A DNA stretch of 32,000 nt from Wallemia ichthyophaga EXF-994 (taxonomy: Eukaryota > Fungi > Basidiomycota). Below the pieces are notes generated by a model. The model made no database searches. It was given only the letters and a program-made list of their open reading frames with translations, and was not told where the DNA came from. Below are positions 12,601-23,432 of this stretch, piece by piece. How positions within the stretch are numbered: position 1 is the first letter of the stretch; every line of letters begins with the position of its first letter. The position numbers and the translations under genes were made by a program. Location: contig NW_008806291.1 of NCBI RefSeq assembly GCF_000400465.1, positions 165,680 to 197,679 of the forward strand, given 5' to 3'.

Positions 12601-14823
12601 GTGTATGCCAGTGGAAGTTTCAGCTCACACCTCACTCTCAAAACGACGTTCCCATTCAAAGACAGAGCTTTCTTTACGTCCACCATCACCAGCAACATTA
12701 ACGGAAAGTGCTATATAACGTCAGCAAGCATTGACCCATCACTACTCTCGTCTCACAATTTCAATGGTGAAAGTTTGAATAGCGGAAAGCTCCCATATGG
12801 TAGAGTGCTGATCGACAGCTGGGTGTTGGAAGAGATAGATCCATACAGTACCGAGAAATTACTAATACCATCGACGACAGTGAATCATTACGTCGCTGTA
12901 GACTACCGTGGCAATGTGCCATCGACCGTCAACAACCTGTGCAACACACTAAGTGTGAAGGTGCTCAACAATTTAGACCAATTTTTGAAGAACAATGGTC
13001 CACCACTGAGTGTATTAAAGCCTACGCAGAGATTCACTCTGAACAAGAACAGCGAGATTCCGGACGAAGTGAGTCTGAAGGAAGGGGAGTTGAGCTGGGT
13101 GATAGACGGACAGAACAAAGGGGAAGGTGGGTTCGTTGCGTCAAATACATACGACGGGGAGCACCATCTTCAATTTGGGCATGCGCTGTTGAGTGAAGAG
13201 GAGATAGCAGCACAGGCTGGTGTGCACGAGCTGGAGGAGAAGGATGACCCATTGGATGATATAGACATCGATCAAGTCTCATCTGCGCTTCCGGAGAGAC
13301 TAGTCGAGCAGCAGCAGCAGCAGAATTCGAATTCTCATACCAATTCGCAAGCACAGTCTCGCATCGTCACTCCATCAAACCTTGCAAAGAGAGCTTCGTC
13401 AATGTCGCTGCGAGTCTCGCCAGGACTGGGCCAGGTGAAAGGAATGAGCGGGTCGTCGACTGCCACCCTCCGTAGGAGCGACTATAAGAACAATGATGAC
13501 AATCTCTTGCAAGCATTGCGTTTTGGTAAGGACTACATACTCGCTGAAGTGGTAATCGACTTGCAGCTGTATTCTGGAGGAGTGAATATGAATTTCGAGT
13601 CGGTAGTCAGCAATGAGAGGCTTCCTTTGTCTTTACAACACGATAATCGAGATATTAGGGATGACGCCACAGTTGCTGTCAACATGCACAATCTCACATC
13701 GGCCCTGGATCCTGCCAGAGTGAGGCACAAGCAGCTGCTCAGACTGGTGCTGAGGTGCGGTAGCCTCGATGATGGCGTCAGACTGAACCTGCTCAACCAC
13801 CACAAATTGATAACGACACTCACACTCGGCTGCAGCGACGGCCTTACGCCTGAGAAAGAGTTTCTCTGCAATGGTAACACTACAGCTGTTCAGACGGAGA
13901 AGCTGTCGATGCAAGACTTGCTAGACGGCGTCAAGTGCGATATGCTTGACTGTGTTTCGTTGTCTAATTCGAGTGCGTGCTAATGTTTCTTGTCGCACAC
14001 ACTCCTCTCACTGACAAATCCCCAGATGGCGACACTGCAGTCCCGCCAGGCCTTCTCAACCCGCTCTCCGTCTCTCGCAGGCATATCAGGGGTGCAGAGC
14101 GGGAGGGGCAAGCGGAGCAAAGTGAGTTGTCTGAGGCAAAAGCTGCAGTGGGAGCCAGCGAAGCGAAGGAGGTAGTCGATGGTGATACATCTGAGGGCGA
14201 GATTGTGAGTGAGTCCTTCGTAAGCCTGTTAAATACTAAACCGTAATTGCAAGGTTCAGAGCAACTCGCTTATGTCTATATTCGGCACGAATTCCAACGT
14301 GTTCTCCACCTGGGCCCCACCATCATTCCCATCACTCCAGTCTCTCTTCAACATTAGCACTAGCAAGACGGCCACACCTGAGAAGAAAGAGGACGAAAAG
14401 ACCGATATAGCTGAAGAAGCTCGCAGCGCTTCCTCAAGTCCTTCTCCAGAGACGTACCAGACTCCTGAGGGCGTACAATCACCAGCTGCACCTGAGTCTT
14501 TGTCTCCTCCCGCTCACACGCTCCAGGCAGCTGGAGCTGGACATGGAGTTGTAGATGTTGTAAGTGCAACTGCCCATGGCACAAGACACAACTACACACT
14601 CAAGTCGCTCGGTTTGGTCTTCCTCCTCACGGCCATCACCTTCTTCCTCCTTGGCTGTCTCCTCAGATCTCTAACTCTGCCTGACGACTATGTGGTGTAT
14701 GTACACAACAATGTCGTCAACTTTGACCGACTGGCGAACTTGATTAACTACAAGGTCTTCACAAAGTTGCTCCAGCTCAAGATACCCTTTATGAATACAA
14801 ATGTAATAATAGGTCTCGCGTGA
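9603..14823 (+). CDS. Large multi-START (three START-like domains) lipid-binding protein with C-terminal transmembrane segment, 4 exons, 1689 aa
   Basis: Introns 10837-10885, 13973-14025 and 14205-14253 join four track ORFs (5070 nt). START-type motifs WKHVSDTKGV, FWDKTF, WPANARD, FPFKDRAF, VAVDYRGNVP; C-terminal LGLVFLLTAITFFLLGCLLRSL. The start codon is inferred (9603, 9615 or 9786). Confidence 0.8.
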
Positions 14824-15827
14824 TTATATCACATTTAACTCGTTCATTTGTTGTCCGTCGAGTGGTTGTGCTGAGGTTGTTTATCGGTGTCGGCGTGGTT
14901 GATGTCATGGATGCGCTGATAGCGATGTAGCGATGATTGCAGATGAGGAAGGAATAAAAGTGCCATTTACTCTCAGAAACTCCCGAGAATTTCCTGTCTA
15001 ACTTTATCTCAGTCATCTGCTCACTACCGCGTTGAATTACTCTACTACTACCTATCTCATTTCAAACACTGATTTATGACTTTTGATGATCTCCAAATGG
15101 AAAAACAGAATAAATAGTCTTGAATGAGCCTTACAAGAATTTACCAGAATTATTGTTCTTAGACTCCAATCGCGCCCTGTAGGTTGCTCGGAAGTTTTGA
15201 TCCGACATCGCTCCAGGGCAGGCTAAAGGATAGATGCGAAGGATTTCACGCGCTTTATCGATAGAAGAAAACAGTATTAGCTGAATTGGACCACAAGCAC
15301 CCAATGTTTCATTTATACGGCTTTATTATCGCGATTTACATTCTCCGACAAATGGCGTCCACAGGACTTAGTGCTGGCTCCAAGGAGAAAGTATTGCCAT
15401 TATAAATATATTCAAATCTATTGAATGCATTTGATGCAACAAGAAATAGGGGTCAGACTAATTCTGAAATCGGGTCTTTGGCTGGACAGTGCAATTCGAG
15501 ATGTCAAATTATGGGAGTGGAGTAAATGAAATGTTGCGTTGGAAATATTCAAGCCACTATAGTAGGTTTGTGTATTTTTAGATAGCAAATTACTGTCCGT
15601 GTAGATGTAGCACGCCATATGTAGCTGGACGAGAGCAGAGCATATCACTGCGTTATTCATATAGATATTCACATAAGCACTCTATAGCCTTCTCGCACAC
15701 TCGTTTGTTAGCTTCTGCTACGGCCATTGGTCGTATTTGCAGCTGTTCTATTGGAATTGGCAAGCCATATCACACTTGCAAGCATTGATAATGAAGTGGT
15801 ATTATATGTAACTCTATGAACACCCAG

Positions 15828-16401
15828 CTACTCAGTTGCGTTGATCTGATTTGCGTGAGCGTGAGCGTGTACGAAGATTGGGAAGGAGAAAGCAACCCAC
15901 CAATGCAAACAGCTTCTGCTGCTCTTCTAGCCTACAGAGTGGATGAGTGGATTCTGCGACGTGTTCGTCTGGCATCCAAATGTTGAAATCCGTGAAAGTG
16001 TGTCCGGTTGAGTGGAAGGTCTGACGCGTGTCCTGATGAGTGTATGGGATTGATTGATTGTCGTGATTGTCGTTATCCGAATTCTGGGTTGAATGCGCAT
16101 CGAACGAGTCGTTGTGATCGACATCCTCGTCATTATCGTCATCCATCGAATATTTGGTGGATTTGACGCGTTTCTTGGGCTGCATTGGTTGTATATCTGG
16201 TAGAACCTCCTTTACGCACATTCCAATCATTCCCTCACCCAGTTTCGCGCCCTTGGCTGTTATCCTGCGTCCTCTAAACGCAGCTACGTTATTTACGCGA
16301 TGGAAGTAAGTGCTTATATCAGCGACGCCCTCGTAATCAATAGAAAATGGCAATAAATTTGGCTCCACTTTCCTATCGGATTTCTTCTCCACTTGGATCA
16401 T
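15828..16401 (-). CDS. RNH203: Ribonuclease H2 subunit C, 2 exons, 172 aa
   Basis: NLLPFSIDYEG, YF, AAFRGR and FNIW motifs; intron 15900-15846 gives the terminus KLFALINATE*. Confidence 0.85.
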
Positions 16402-16425
16402 CGTCTTGGACAGCAACAGCCATTA

Positions 16426-19400
16426 ATGTCGGCAGCTGAGAAATCTACAGCGGTGCCGGTCGCCCAGTTTAAGCTGGTAAATGACAGCACGCTGGACAAC
16501 AAAGTACTAGACACGTCGATGGCTGCGTTTGGCTGTAAGTTGGCCAGCTGCCTGATATCATCGCATTGACGCAGCCCGCAGACAATACAGTGGATGATAT
16601 TTACACGCAGTCCAAGGCGTATCAGAGGTATATCGAGCCTTTAGAAGATGAATTGAACCAGCAAGTCGAGTACGATATGGATGAGCAGGATAAGATTTGG
16701 CTCGACGATCTCAACAAGTTCCGTAACTCCATCCAGATCGCTGGTGTGTCTTACGAGATTTTTGAAATTATCGTCGATCGTCTCGAGAAGGAGTTCCTCG
16801 ATCTACAGAAGAAGTTACCGCAGAAGACACCGAAACACGCGTTCATCGAGGATTCCACGTGCCTTATCTGCAACGACAGCGAGTGCGATAACTCCAACGC
16901 TATCGTATTTTGCGATGGCTGCAATCTGGCTGTCCATCAGGATTGCTACGGCATACCTTATATCCCAGAAGGGCAGTGGCTGTGCAGGAAATGTACTGTC
17001 TCGCCCGAGAATCCCGTCTCGTGCGTTCTCTGTCCCAACGAAGGCGGTGCGTTTAAGCAGACAAACAACGGAGCGTGGGCACACGTGATATGCGCCAACT
17101 GGATCCCTGAGACTGGTCTTTCCAACCCTGTATACCAAGAGCCAGTCGAAGGTGTAGACAGGATACCCAAATCCAGGTGGAAGCTCATTTGTTACATCTG
17201 CAAGCAGAAATCTGGTGCGTGTATACAATGCGATGACAGGGCATGCTTTGTCGCGATGCATCCAACTTGCGCGCAGAAGTTTGGGCTTTTATGCAAAACT
17301 CGCAATATTATGCAAGGTGATCAGTTGGAGGATACCATCGTTATGAGGGCTTTGTGTCATAGACATCGACCAAAGACGGTTAGAAGCGCTCCTTTGTTTG
17401 ACTTGGATAAAGACGCCTCTATTGTTCCATCACTGGGCGCTGCATCGACTAAAGCAGCTCGAGCTCATAGTCACGCTTTTAATCCTGGTCCTCCACGCGT
17501 CCCACAGTACATTATTGATCGCATTTTGAACCACATCGACACTATCAAATTGGATTACAAGTTGGAGGTTGCGTATGAAGTCACCAAATACTGGGCTTTG
17601 AAGAGGGAGAGAAGGAGAGGGGCTGGTCTTATACGCAGGTTGCATCTTGAGGTTGGTGTGGAATATTCTATCAAAGTTGGTACTAAACACTTGCAGCCCT
17701 GGTCAGCCACTGTAAATTCGCAGCATAGTGAAGCAGACAAGCGACAAAAGTTGGAGGTGAGATGGAAGTCTTTACTCTATTTTAAACACTCACACTGAAC
17801 AACAGTACTTGGCAGCGATCAGAGATGATTTAGAACGCGCAAAGAAGCTTGCAGATTTGGTGATAGAGAGGGAGGCAGCTAAGCAGAACCAAGTAAATCA
17901 TCTGGTCGAGACAATTTTCCATTACCTTTTCCCGCACGACAAGGCACTGCGACTGGTTTTCGAGAGGATAGTAGCGTGAGTGGGGGAGAGTGTTATGTGA
18001 CACAGATACATTCTAACCATACATTCAGACTTGACGAGACTGAGCTTTTCGCTGAGCCAGTGTCGCTCACAGATGCACCCAACTACCTAGACGTCATCAA
18101 GACGCCGATGGACTGGTCGACCATCTACGCGCGCATCGACCGCCGAGCATACACCACCAAGTCACAATTCGTGAGCGATGTGATGACGGTATACGACAAC
18201 GCGCTGCATTACAACCTCGAAGGCTCGCCAATATACGTTGAAACGGAGACGCAAAAGGTTCAGTGCATAGAAATATTATCACAGTCTCTCCCCGCAGTAG
18301 AGTCGTTCGAGGCTGCGGAAGGTGTGATAAGGATGCTAAGTGAAGAGCGCGGCGTGGAGAAGATGTTCGATAGCACTCTCTACACGGAACCGTCGCCCGA
18401 GCCAGTGGGAGAGAGTGGCGACGCAGCAGCCCTGCCCCAACCACCGCGCTCGCGCAGGAGCAAGAAGAGCAAGCGCAAGCGCGAGTATAATCCCGAGCTT
18501 CACAAGGCGATGAAGACGGAGAGAGTAGCTAAACAACGCGCAGAGGCCGATGTAGAACTGCAACGGCTGGTGGAAGCGGGGATGATGAGCAGTCGCAGCA
18601 TGCGCTCGTCTACCCCAGGTGAGAAGAGAGAGGGAGAGAGGGAGGGTGGACGACGCGCGTCAGCCTCAGCTTTAGCATCAACGCCGACTTCCACTCCCGC
18701 TCCGACTCCGACTCCAAAAAGCTTACCGGGCAGGTTGCGCGAGGCGGTTAGTGGTGTCGATGCAAGGAGTGCTAGGAGAGGCGGCGCGAACTCGCCCAAC
18801 ATGCCAAGCAAACTTAGCAGCCAAGTCTTGGAGCAGGAGAAGGAGGAGGAAAATGATCAGGAGGAAGAACAAAAGCAGCCAGAAGGACATCGCAAGACGG
18901 AGCTGCACAGTGTCAAGCGAAGATTAAACGATACTGGGAATGATACCAATAGGGAGGGCGTTCAGTCGAGTGGATCGCCGTCCGTCAGCAATAAGAGGAT
19001 AAAGCCTGAGATACGCACAAGAAGTAGCAGGAGGAGCATGGCTGCTGCGGAAGTTGAGCATGTATATGAGAAGGAGAAGGAGAAGGAGCGCGAGAAAGAG
19101 AAGGAGAAAGAAGAAGTAAAGGAGAAAGAAGAAGAGATTGAGAATAATAACCAAATCGAAGAAGCTAAGCAACGGAAAGAGAAGTTTGAAACACCGAGGA
19201 CGTCGCTCAGAACACGTTCCAAGGTGGATTCAACGAAAGCGGCGAGCAAGATAAAGAGCAAGATGATTGTTGATGTCGACAAAGACGTAGGAGAGAAAGC
19301 GAAAGGTGGTAGGGAAAGCAGGGCAATAACACCACCTGCTCATGACACACCTTCACGGCCACACCGCCAAACGCGCCAGCCGGCTGAAGTGCGCGAAGCG

Positions 19401-19949
19401 CAGGAGCAACGGGAGCGATACGAACGGCGACAATCGGCGAGGAAGAAGACGAAGGCACCTATGAATAAGGCAGAAGCGTCATCATCAAGTAAGCTAATTA
19501 AGCCGAACAGCAACAACAACAATACAACCAACACCAACAACATAAATAACAAAATGAACAAAATGAACACAAAGAAAGAAGCCACCTCTATAACCCACCC
19601 AAACGACCACACAGAAACCGAAAAGTTTACAAGTGGATCACTGGTATGGGCGAAATGGGAGAAATACCCGCACTTCCCGTCTGAGATCTACGACATGAAT
19701 GATGAGGAAGATATTGAGTACATACCACCAAACGTAATCAAAGCGAAACCGCGATCAAAGTTTGAGTGTTTATTAGTGCGATTCTTTGACAGTAAGAGGA
19801 CATGGGCGTGGGTGCCCACGCATAATCTAATTTCACTTGGATGGGATGAAGTAGATGGTCAGTATCTCGACAGGAGTGTATTTAAGAACACAAAGACATA
19901 CGATGGGGTGAGGTTGGCGTATAGGCGAGCGATGGCAGCTTTGCAGTGA
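16426..19949 (+). CDS. NTO1: Nto1/BRPF1-like NuA3 HAT scaffold: EPL-like region, PZP (PHD-Zn knuckle-PHD), bromodomain and PWWP; 5 exons, 1109 aa
   Basis: Introns 16535-16581, 17652-17696, 17757-17805, 17976-18028 (3330 nt). VEYDMDEQD, CLICNDSECDNSNAIVFCDGCN, HQDCYG, bromodomain PMDWSTI...NALHYN, PWWP LVWAKWEKYPHFP. Confidence 0.93.
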
Positions 19950-19964
19950 TGAAGACTAATATTA

Positions 19965-21026
19965 TCAAGTACAAGTGAGTATAAATGATGTAGCGTTTCC
20001 AGCGTGTAGATGTGTGGCAGTGAAAGGGGTAGCAGTGGGTTTGTGTGTGTCGTTGGTATGGCCTAGGCCGAGGTTGCCGTGTTCATTCCAGCCGAAGGAC
20101 CAGACGGTGTTGTCTGAGGTGGTGAAGAGGGAGTGTTCGCTGCCAACTGCCAGTTGAGTGATGGAGGGGGTTGTGGTAATGAGAAGGGGAGTGTTTGAGG
20201 GAGTGCTGGTGGGTGTGTTGGGACTAGCGCCTGTCCTGCCCACTGACCACAGAGAGTGACCATCGTACACAACAGTACCACGCCAAGTGCACCCGTAGTC
20301 CAAAACACGGGTAAAGGCACCCAAACTGAGCTGTCCGTGTGTGTTACTCCCCCAGCCAATCAAACCGTCTGCTGAGTGGAGGATAGTGTGCTCTCTCCCG
20401 GTCCGCGCACTGAAAATTGGAGTCTGGGTCGAGAGGAGGAGGTGGGGAGTAGAGAGGAAAGGTTTTCCAGAATTAGCGGGGCTGAGTTGGCCTTTTCGAG
20501 AGGCACCCCAGCCAAAGACGTTGTATGTGTTGGTGTGCAAGTGTCTCAGAATGACGATAATGTGCCGGAAGGAGGAATTAGCGTGGATGAGAGCGTGATT
20601 GTGTAAAGGGAGGTTAATGGGACTGTGTGGGTGTGTACTAGCCACATCAGCCACGCCTCTGCATCCAAATCCACTATCACCAACGCTTATAAGCAGCGGA
20701 GGGAGAGTATTTGACTCGAGAAAGAAGAAGGAAGTCGACCAACTGGCTAGAATGCGTGTGGTTTGGTGGTTTGGATATAGGCTACTCAACCAATCGAGTT
20801 TTGTGAGTGTGCTTATAGAGTGCCCAGCTAAGCCAAGCTGATTGCAATCATTTAGGCCAGCGCCGTAGACCCGTCGATTAGACAAGATCAGCGTGTGGTT
20901 TCCGCCGGTGGATATTTGGCAGCTACTTTCAAACGACGATACAAATTTAAATTCTGCAAAATCCTCATCGATTGGGCTGAGCTGGTGATTCGAGTTTGAA
21001 CCGGCGTTGAATAGGAGATATGCCAT
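19965..21026 (-). CDS. ATS1: RCC1-repeat protein Ats1/Kti13, intronless, 353 aa
   Basis: N-terminal LFNAGSNSNHQL, repeats GGNHT, GWGASRKGQL, GREHT, GWGSNTHGQL, GSEHSL, FGWNEHGNLG, CTWRGT. Confidence 0.8.
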   Translation of the reverse strand: MAYLLFNAGSNSNHQLSPIDEDFAEFKFVSSFESSCQISTGGNHTLILSNRRVYGAGLNDCNQLGLAGHSISTLTKLDWLSSLYPNHQTTRILASWSTSFFFLESNTLPPLLISVGDSGFGCRGVADVASTHPHSPINLPLHNHALIHANSSFRHIIVILRHLHTNTYNVFGWGASRKGQLSPANSGKPFLSTPHLLLSTQTPIFSARTGREHTILHSADGLIGWGSNTHGQLSLGAFTRVLDYGCTWRGTVVYDGHSLWSVGRTGASPNTPTSTPSNTPLLITTTPSITQLAVGSEHSLFTTSDNTVWSFGWNEHGNLGLGHTNDTHKPTATPFTATHLHAGNATSFILTCT

Positions 21027-21919
21027 CACGCTTAGAGTTGATTAAGCAGCTTAGAAGTAAATTCAATTGCTCAATTAACCAGGCTGTCGCTAGCCTTAAT
21101 CAAAGTGGCAATGACCTATCCACCGCAGAGACAGCGCTGAAATCAATTTTGAACAGCGACAACGCATCTAAAATAAATAAGGCTATGGGCAAGGGCGAAG
21201 GAAGTGAAGGTTTGATTGGCAGTGTTGTTCTTCACAATGGATTCCCTGTTACTGGCGGTGCACCAGCCTTAAACAGGGCTAGAGGTGGTTTACTTGAACT
21301 ATCCTGTCAATCAGATTTCGTGGGCAGAACGAACGAGTTCAAGAGGCTGGTTGAGGATGTTACTCATTCGTTGTCATTCCTCGTCGACGCGGATGGATTC
21401 ACCGATGTAGACGTCAACGGCTGGTTAGATGCACCTCTGATCAGCTCATCACCCACCTCCACTCCTTCCACTCCCTCAACAGAGTCCATCCATCAAGCAA
21501 TCACAAAGACGATCGCTAGTGTCGGTGAAAATATTACCATCAAGCGTTTCACTGCGTTTAACTTACCCAGTGCTAAATCAGCTAACGCAAATATTCGCTC
21601 ACTAGGCCAATTCACCCATTCCATCCAACCGAACAGCCATTTTAACGAGAAATCACCCGTACAACTCGGTTTATTGGCTGCTTTGGTTGATTTGGAGGTT
21701 AGCGGGGGTGTGAAGGAGGAGAACGTCCACCAAATGTCACGCAAGATCGCTAGACAGTCAGTTGCGATGCCTTGTTCGAGTGTAGATGAGTTGCTTGAGC
21801 AGGAGTTGCTTGGCGGTGTCAATGAAGAGAGTGTGAGGGATTATCTGTTAGATTGGTCCACTCAAAACCAAATCGACTCAACAAATGTTAAAGATTTCAG
21901 AAGGTGGCATGTCTCTTGA
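21020..21919 (+). CDS. TSF1: Mitochondrial-type elongation factor Ts
   Basis: UBA-like N-terminus LIKQLR...AVASL, EGLIG, ELSCQSDFV (variant of E.NCETDFV), SVGENITIKRF, IARQSVAM. Confidence 0.85.
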   Translation: MPSRLELIKQLRSKFNCSINQAVASLNQSGNDLSTAETALKSILNSDNASKINKAMGKGEGSEGLIGSVVLHNGFPVTGGAPALNRARGGLLELSCQSDFVGRTNEFKRLVEDVTHSLSFLVDADGFTDVDVNGWLDAPLISSSPTSTPSTPSTESIHQAITKTIASVGENITIKRFTAFNLPSAKSANANIRSLGQFTHSIQPNSHFNEKSPVQLGLLAALVDLEVSGGVKEENVHQMSRKIARQSVAMPCSSVDELLEQELLGGVNEESVRDYLLDWSTQNQIDSTNVKDFRRWHVS

Positions 21920-21942
21920 TAAATTTTACTTTTTTTTGTAAC

Positions 21943-23143
21943 ATGACGTCATTGAAAGATAACAGGAATTATTTAGTTGGTGTGGTTTTTGTGGGTGTTG
22001 CTAGGTGTGAGTTGGCTACAGTATAATAACACACACACACACGCACAGATTATACTCGTTGCCATTCTCTGGGTCTGTAGCTATGAATTGACTGATGAAA
22101 TGTTCAAACTTGGTTACAACAAGCCTTTCTTGTGAGTTTCCTAGTGCGTTTGAGTCTTTGAACCCTATATAAACGTTTAAACAGCCTCACTTACCTCACT
22201 TCCTCCTCATTCTCCCCCTATTTGATTCCATATGTCTTGAATCGCAAATCCACTAGAAACCCAGTCATGCTCACACCAAACCAAACATTCCAATTAGCTG
22301 TAAAGTTCACTCTCTTTTGGACACTTGCCAACTTTTCCATCAACGCCAGCCTCCAATTCACTTCCGTGGCGAGCTCAACCATCCTCAGCTCAACCTCTGG
22401 TCTATGGACATTTCTTATCGGTGTCCTACTCCGCGTTGAGTCATTCGAATTCACCAAGCTATTCGCCATATTCGCCTCCATTTCCGGTTCGTTTTTGGTT
22501 ACGTTTTCGGATTTTAGCGGGATGCGCGGGGAGCCCGAGGAGTTTGGCGGTATGTCTATTGTGAGTTGGCCTTACAGCATCAGACACCACACTCACACTC
22601 ACACCCACGCAGCTCGGCGACACACTCGCTCTCCTTAGCGCCATCAGCTTCTCCGTCTATATGCTCCTGCTCAAGAAGACAGCTGGGAGCGAGTCGCGGA
22701 TCGATTTCCCTTTGTTCCTCGGCTGTATTGGCGCCATCAGCACTGTGTGTTTGTGGCCCCTCCTCGTCATCCTCGACTACACGCAGGTCGAACCTTTTCA
22801 TCTGCCAGAGACGACCGCATTGGGCAGTATAATACTTGTCAACATGGCTATTTCGTTTAGCTCTGACTATCTTTACTTGCAGGCTATGCTCAAGACTAGC
22901 CCGCTCGTCGCTACCATCGGCATCAGCCTCTGTCTCCCCTTTTCCATTGTAGCCGACTGGTGGCGTGGTCAGCTACACTTGACGACGTGTGGGCTAGTGG
23001 GAAGTGCTCTCGTTCTCGCCTCTTTCGTTGTATTGGGCTATGAAGAGGATGAGGAGGAGCAGTTGCGTGGGCATGGACATGTCTCAGACGAGTCTCAGTC
23101 TTTGTTAGGTGCAGACGCAACCACATACGATTCTACCACTTGA
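21943..23143 (+). CDS. SLC35F5/Thi74-like drug-metabolite (EamA) membrane transporter, 4 exons, 345 aa
   Basis: Introns 21991-22048, 22132-22184, 22561-22612 (1038 nt). ILWVCS, YNKPFFLTY, ANFSINASLQFTSVASSTILSSTS, LGDTLALLSA, LKTSPLVATIGISLCLP. Confidence 0.85.
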
Positions 23144-23164
23144 TCTTGTTCATCGTTTATCGTA

Positions 23165-23340
23165 TCTGGCATACGGCATACGGTATCACATATCTACTTG
23201 ACATGGCCTGACATGACATCACATTCACTTTACTTGAAATCACATAACATTCTCATTTCATCCGCATGACATACCCATCCCAATTTCGACCCGGTCCTTA
23301 ATCAAGAATTGGCGGAAGGAATGTCCAGCAGAGTATATAA
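23165..23340 (+). promoter_or_regulatory. Promoter of His-rich gene A: TGACAT repeats, CATTCT/GGAATG sites and TATA box
   Basis: TGACAT at 23199, 23209, 23214, 23267; CATTCT 23248; GGAATG 23318; TATATAA 23334. Confidence 0.5.
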
Positions 23341-23432
23341 GCCTGGATGAATACCTCCTTCTCATCAACAACTCAACAAGTTAACCACTCAGCTTCTCAA
23401 CCACTTTACCACATAAAAAACAATATACAAGT

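Noticed and set aside
15418-15672. 84-aa minus-strand ORF
   Set aside because: No recognisable motif and composition like non-coding DNA; covered only as part of the unexplained interval.
20599-20841. Candidate upstream presequence exon for EF-Ts (MRVVWWFGYRLLNQSSF followed by GTGAGT)
   Set aside because: The donor is phase 0 but the available acceptors before 21020 are phase 1, so the frames do not join.
22028-22046. (AC)n tract, and other short repeats such as (GAGAAG)n near 19070-19105
   Set aside because: Ordinary intronic microsatellite and coding low-complexity sequence; no array structure or mobile-element hallmarks.
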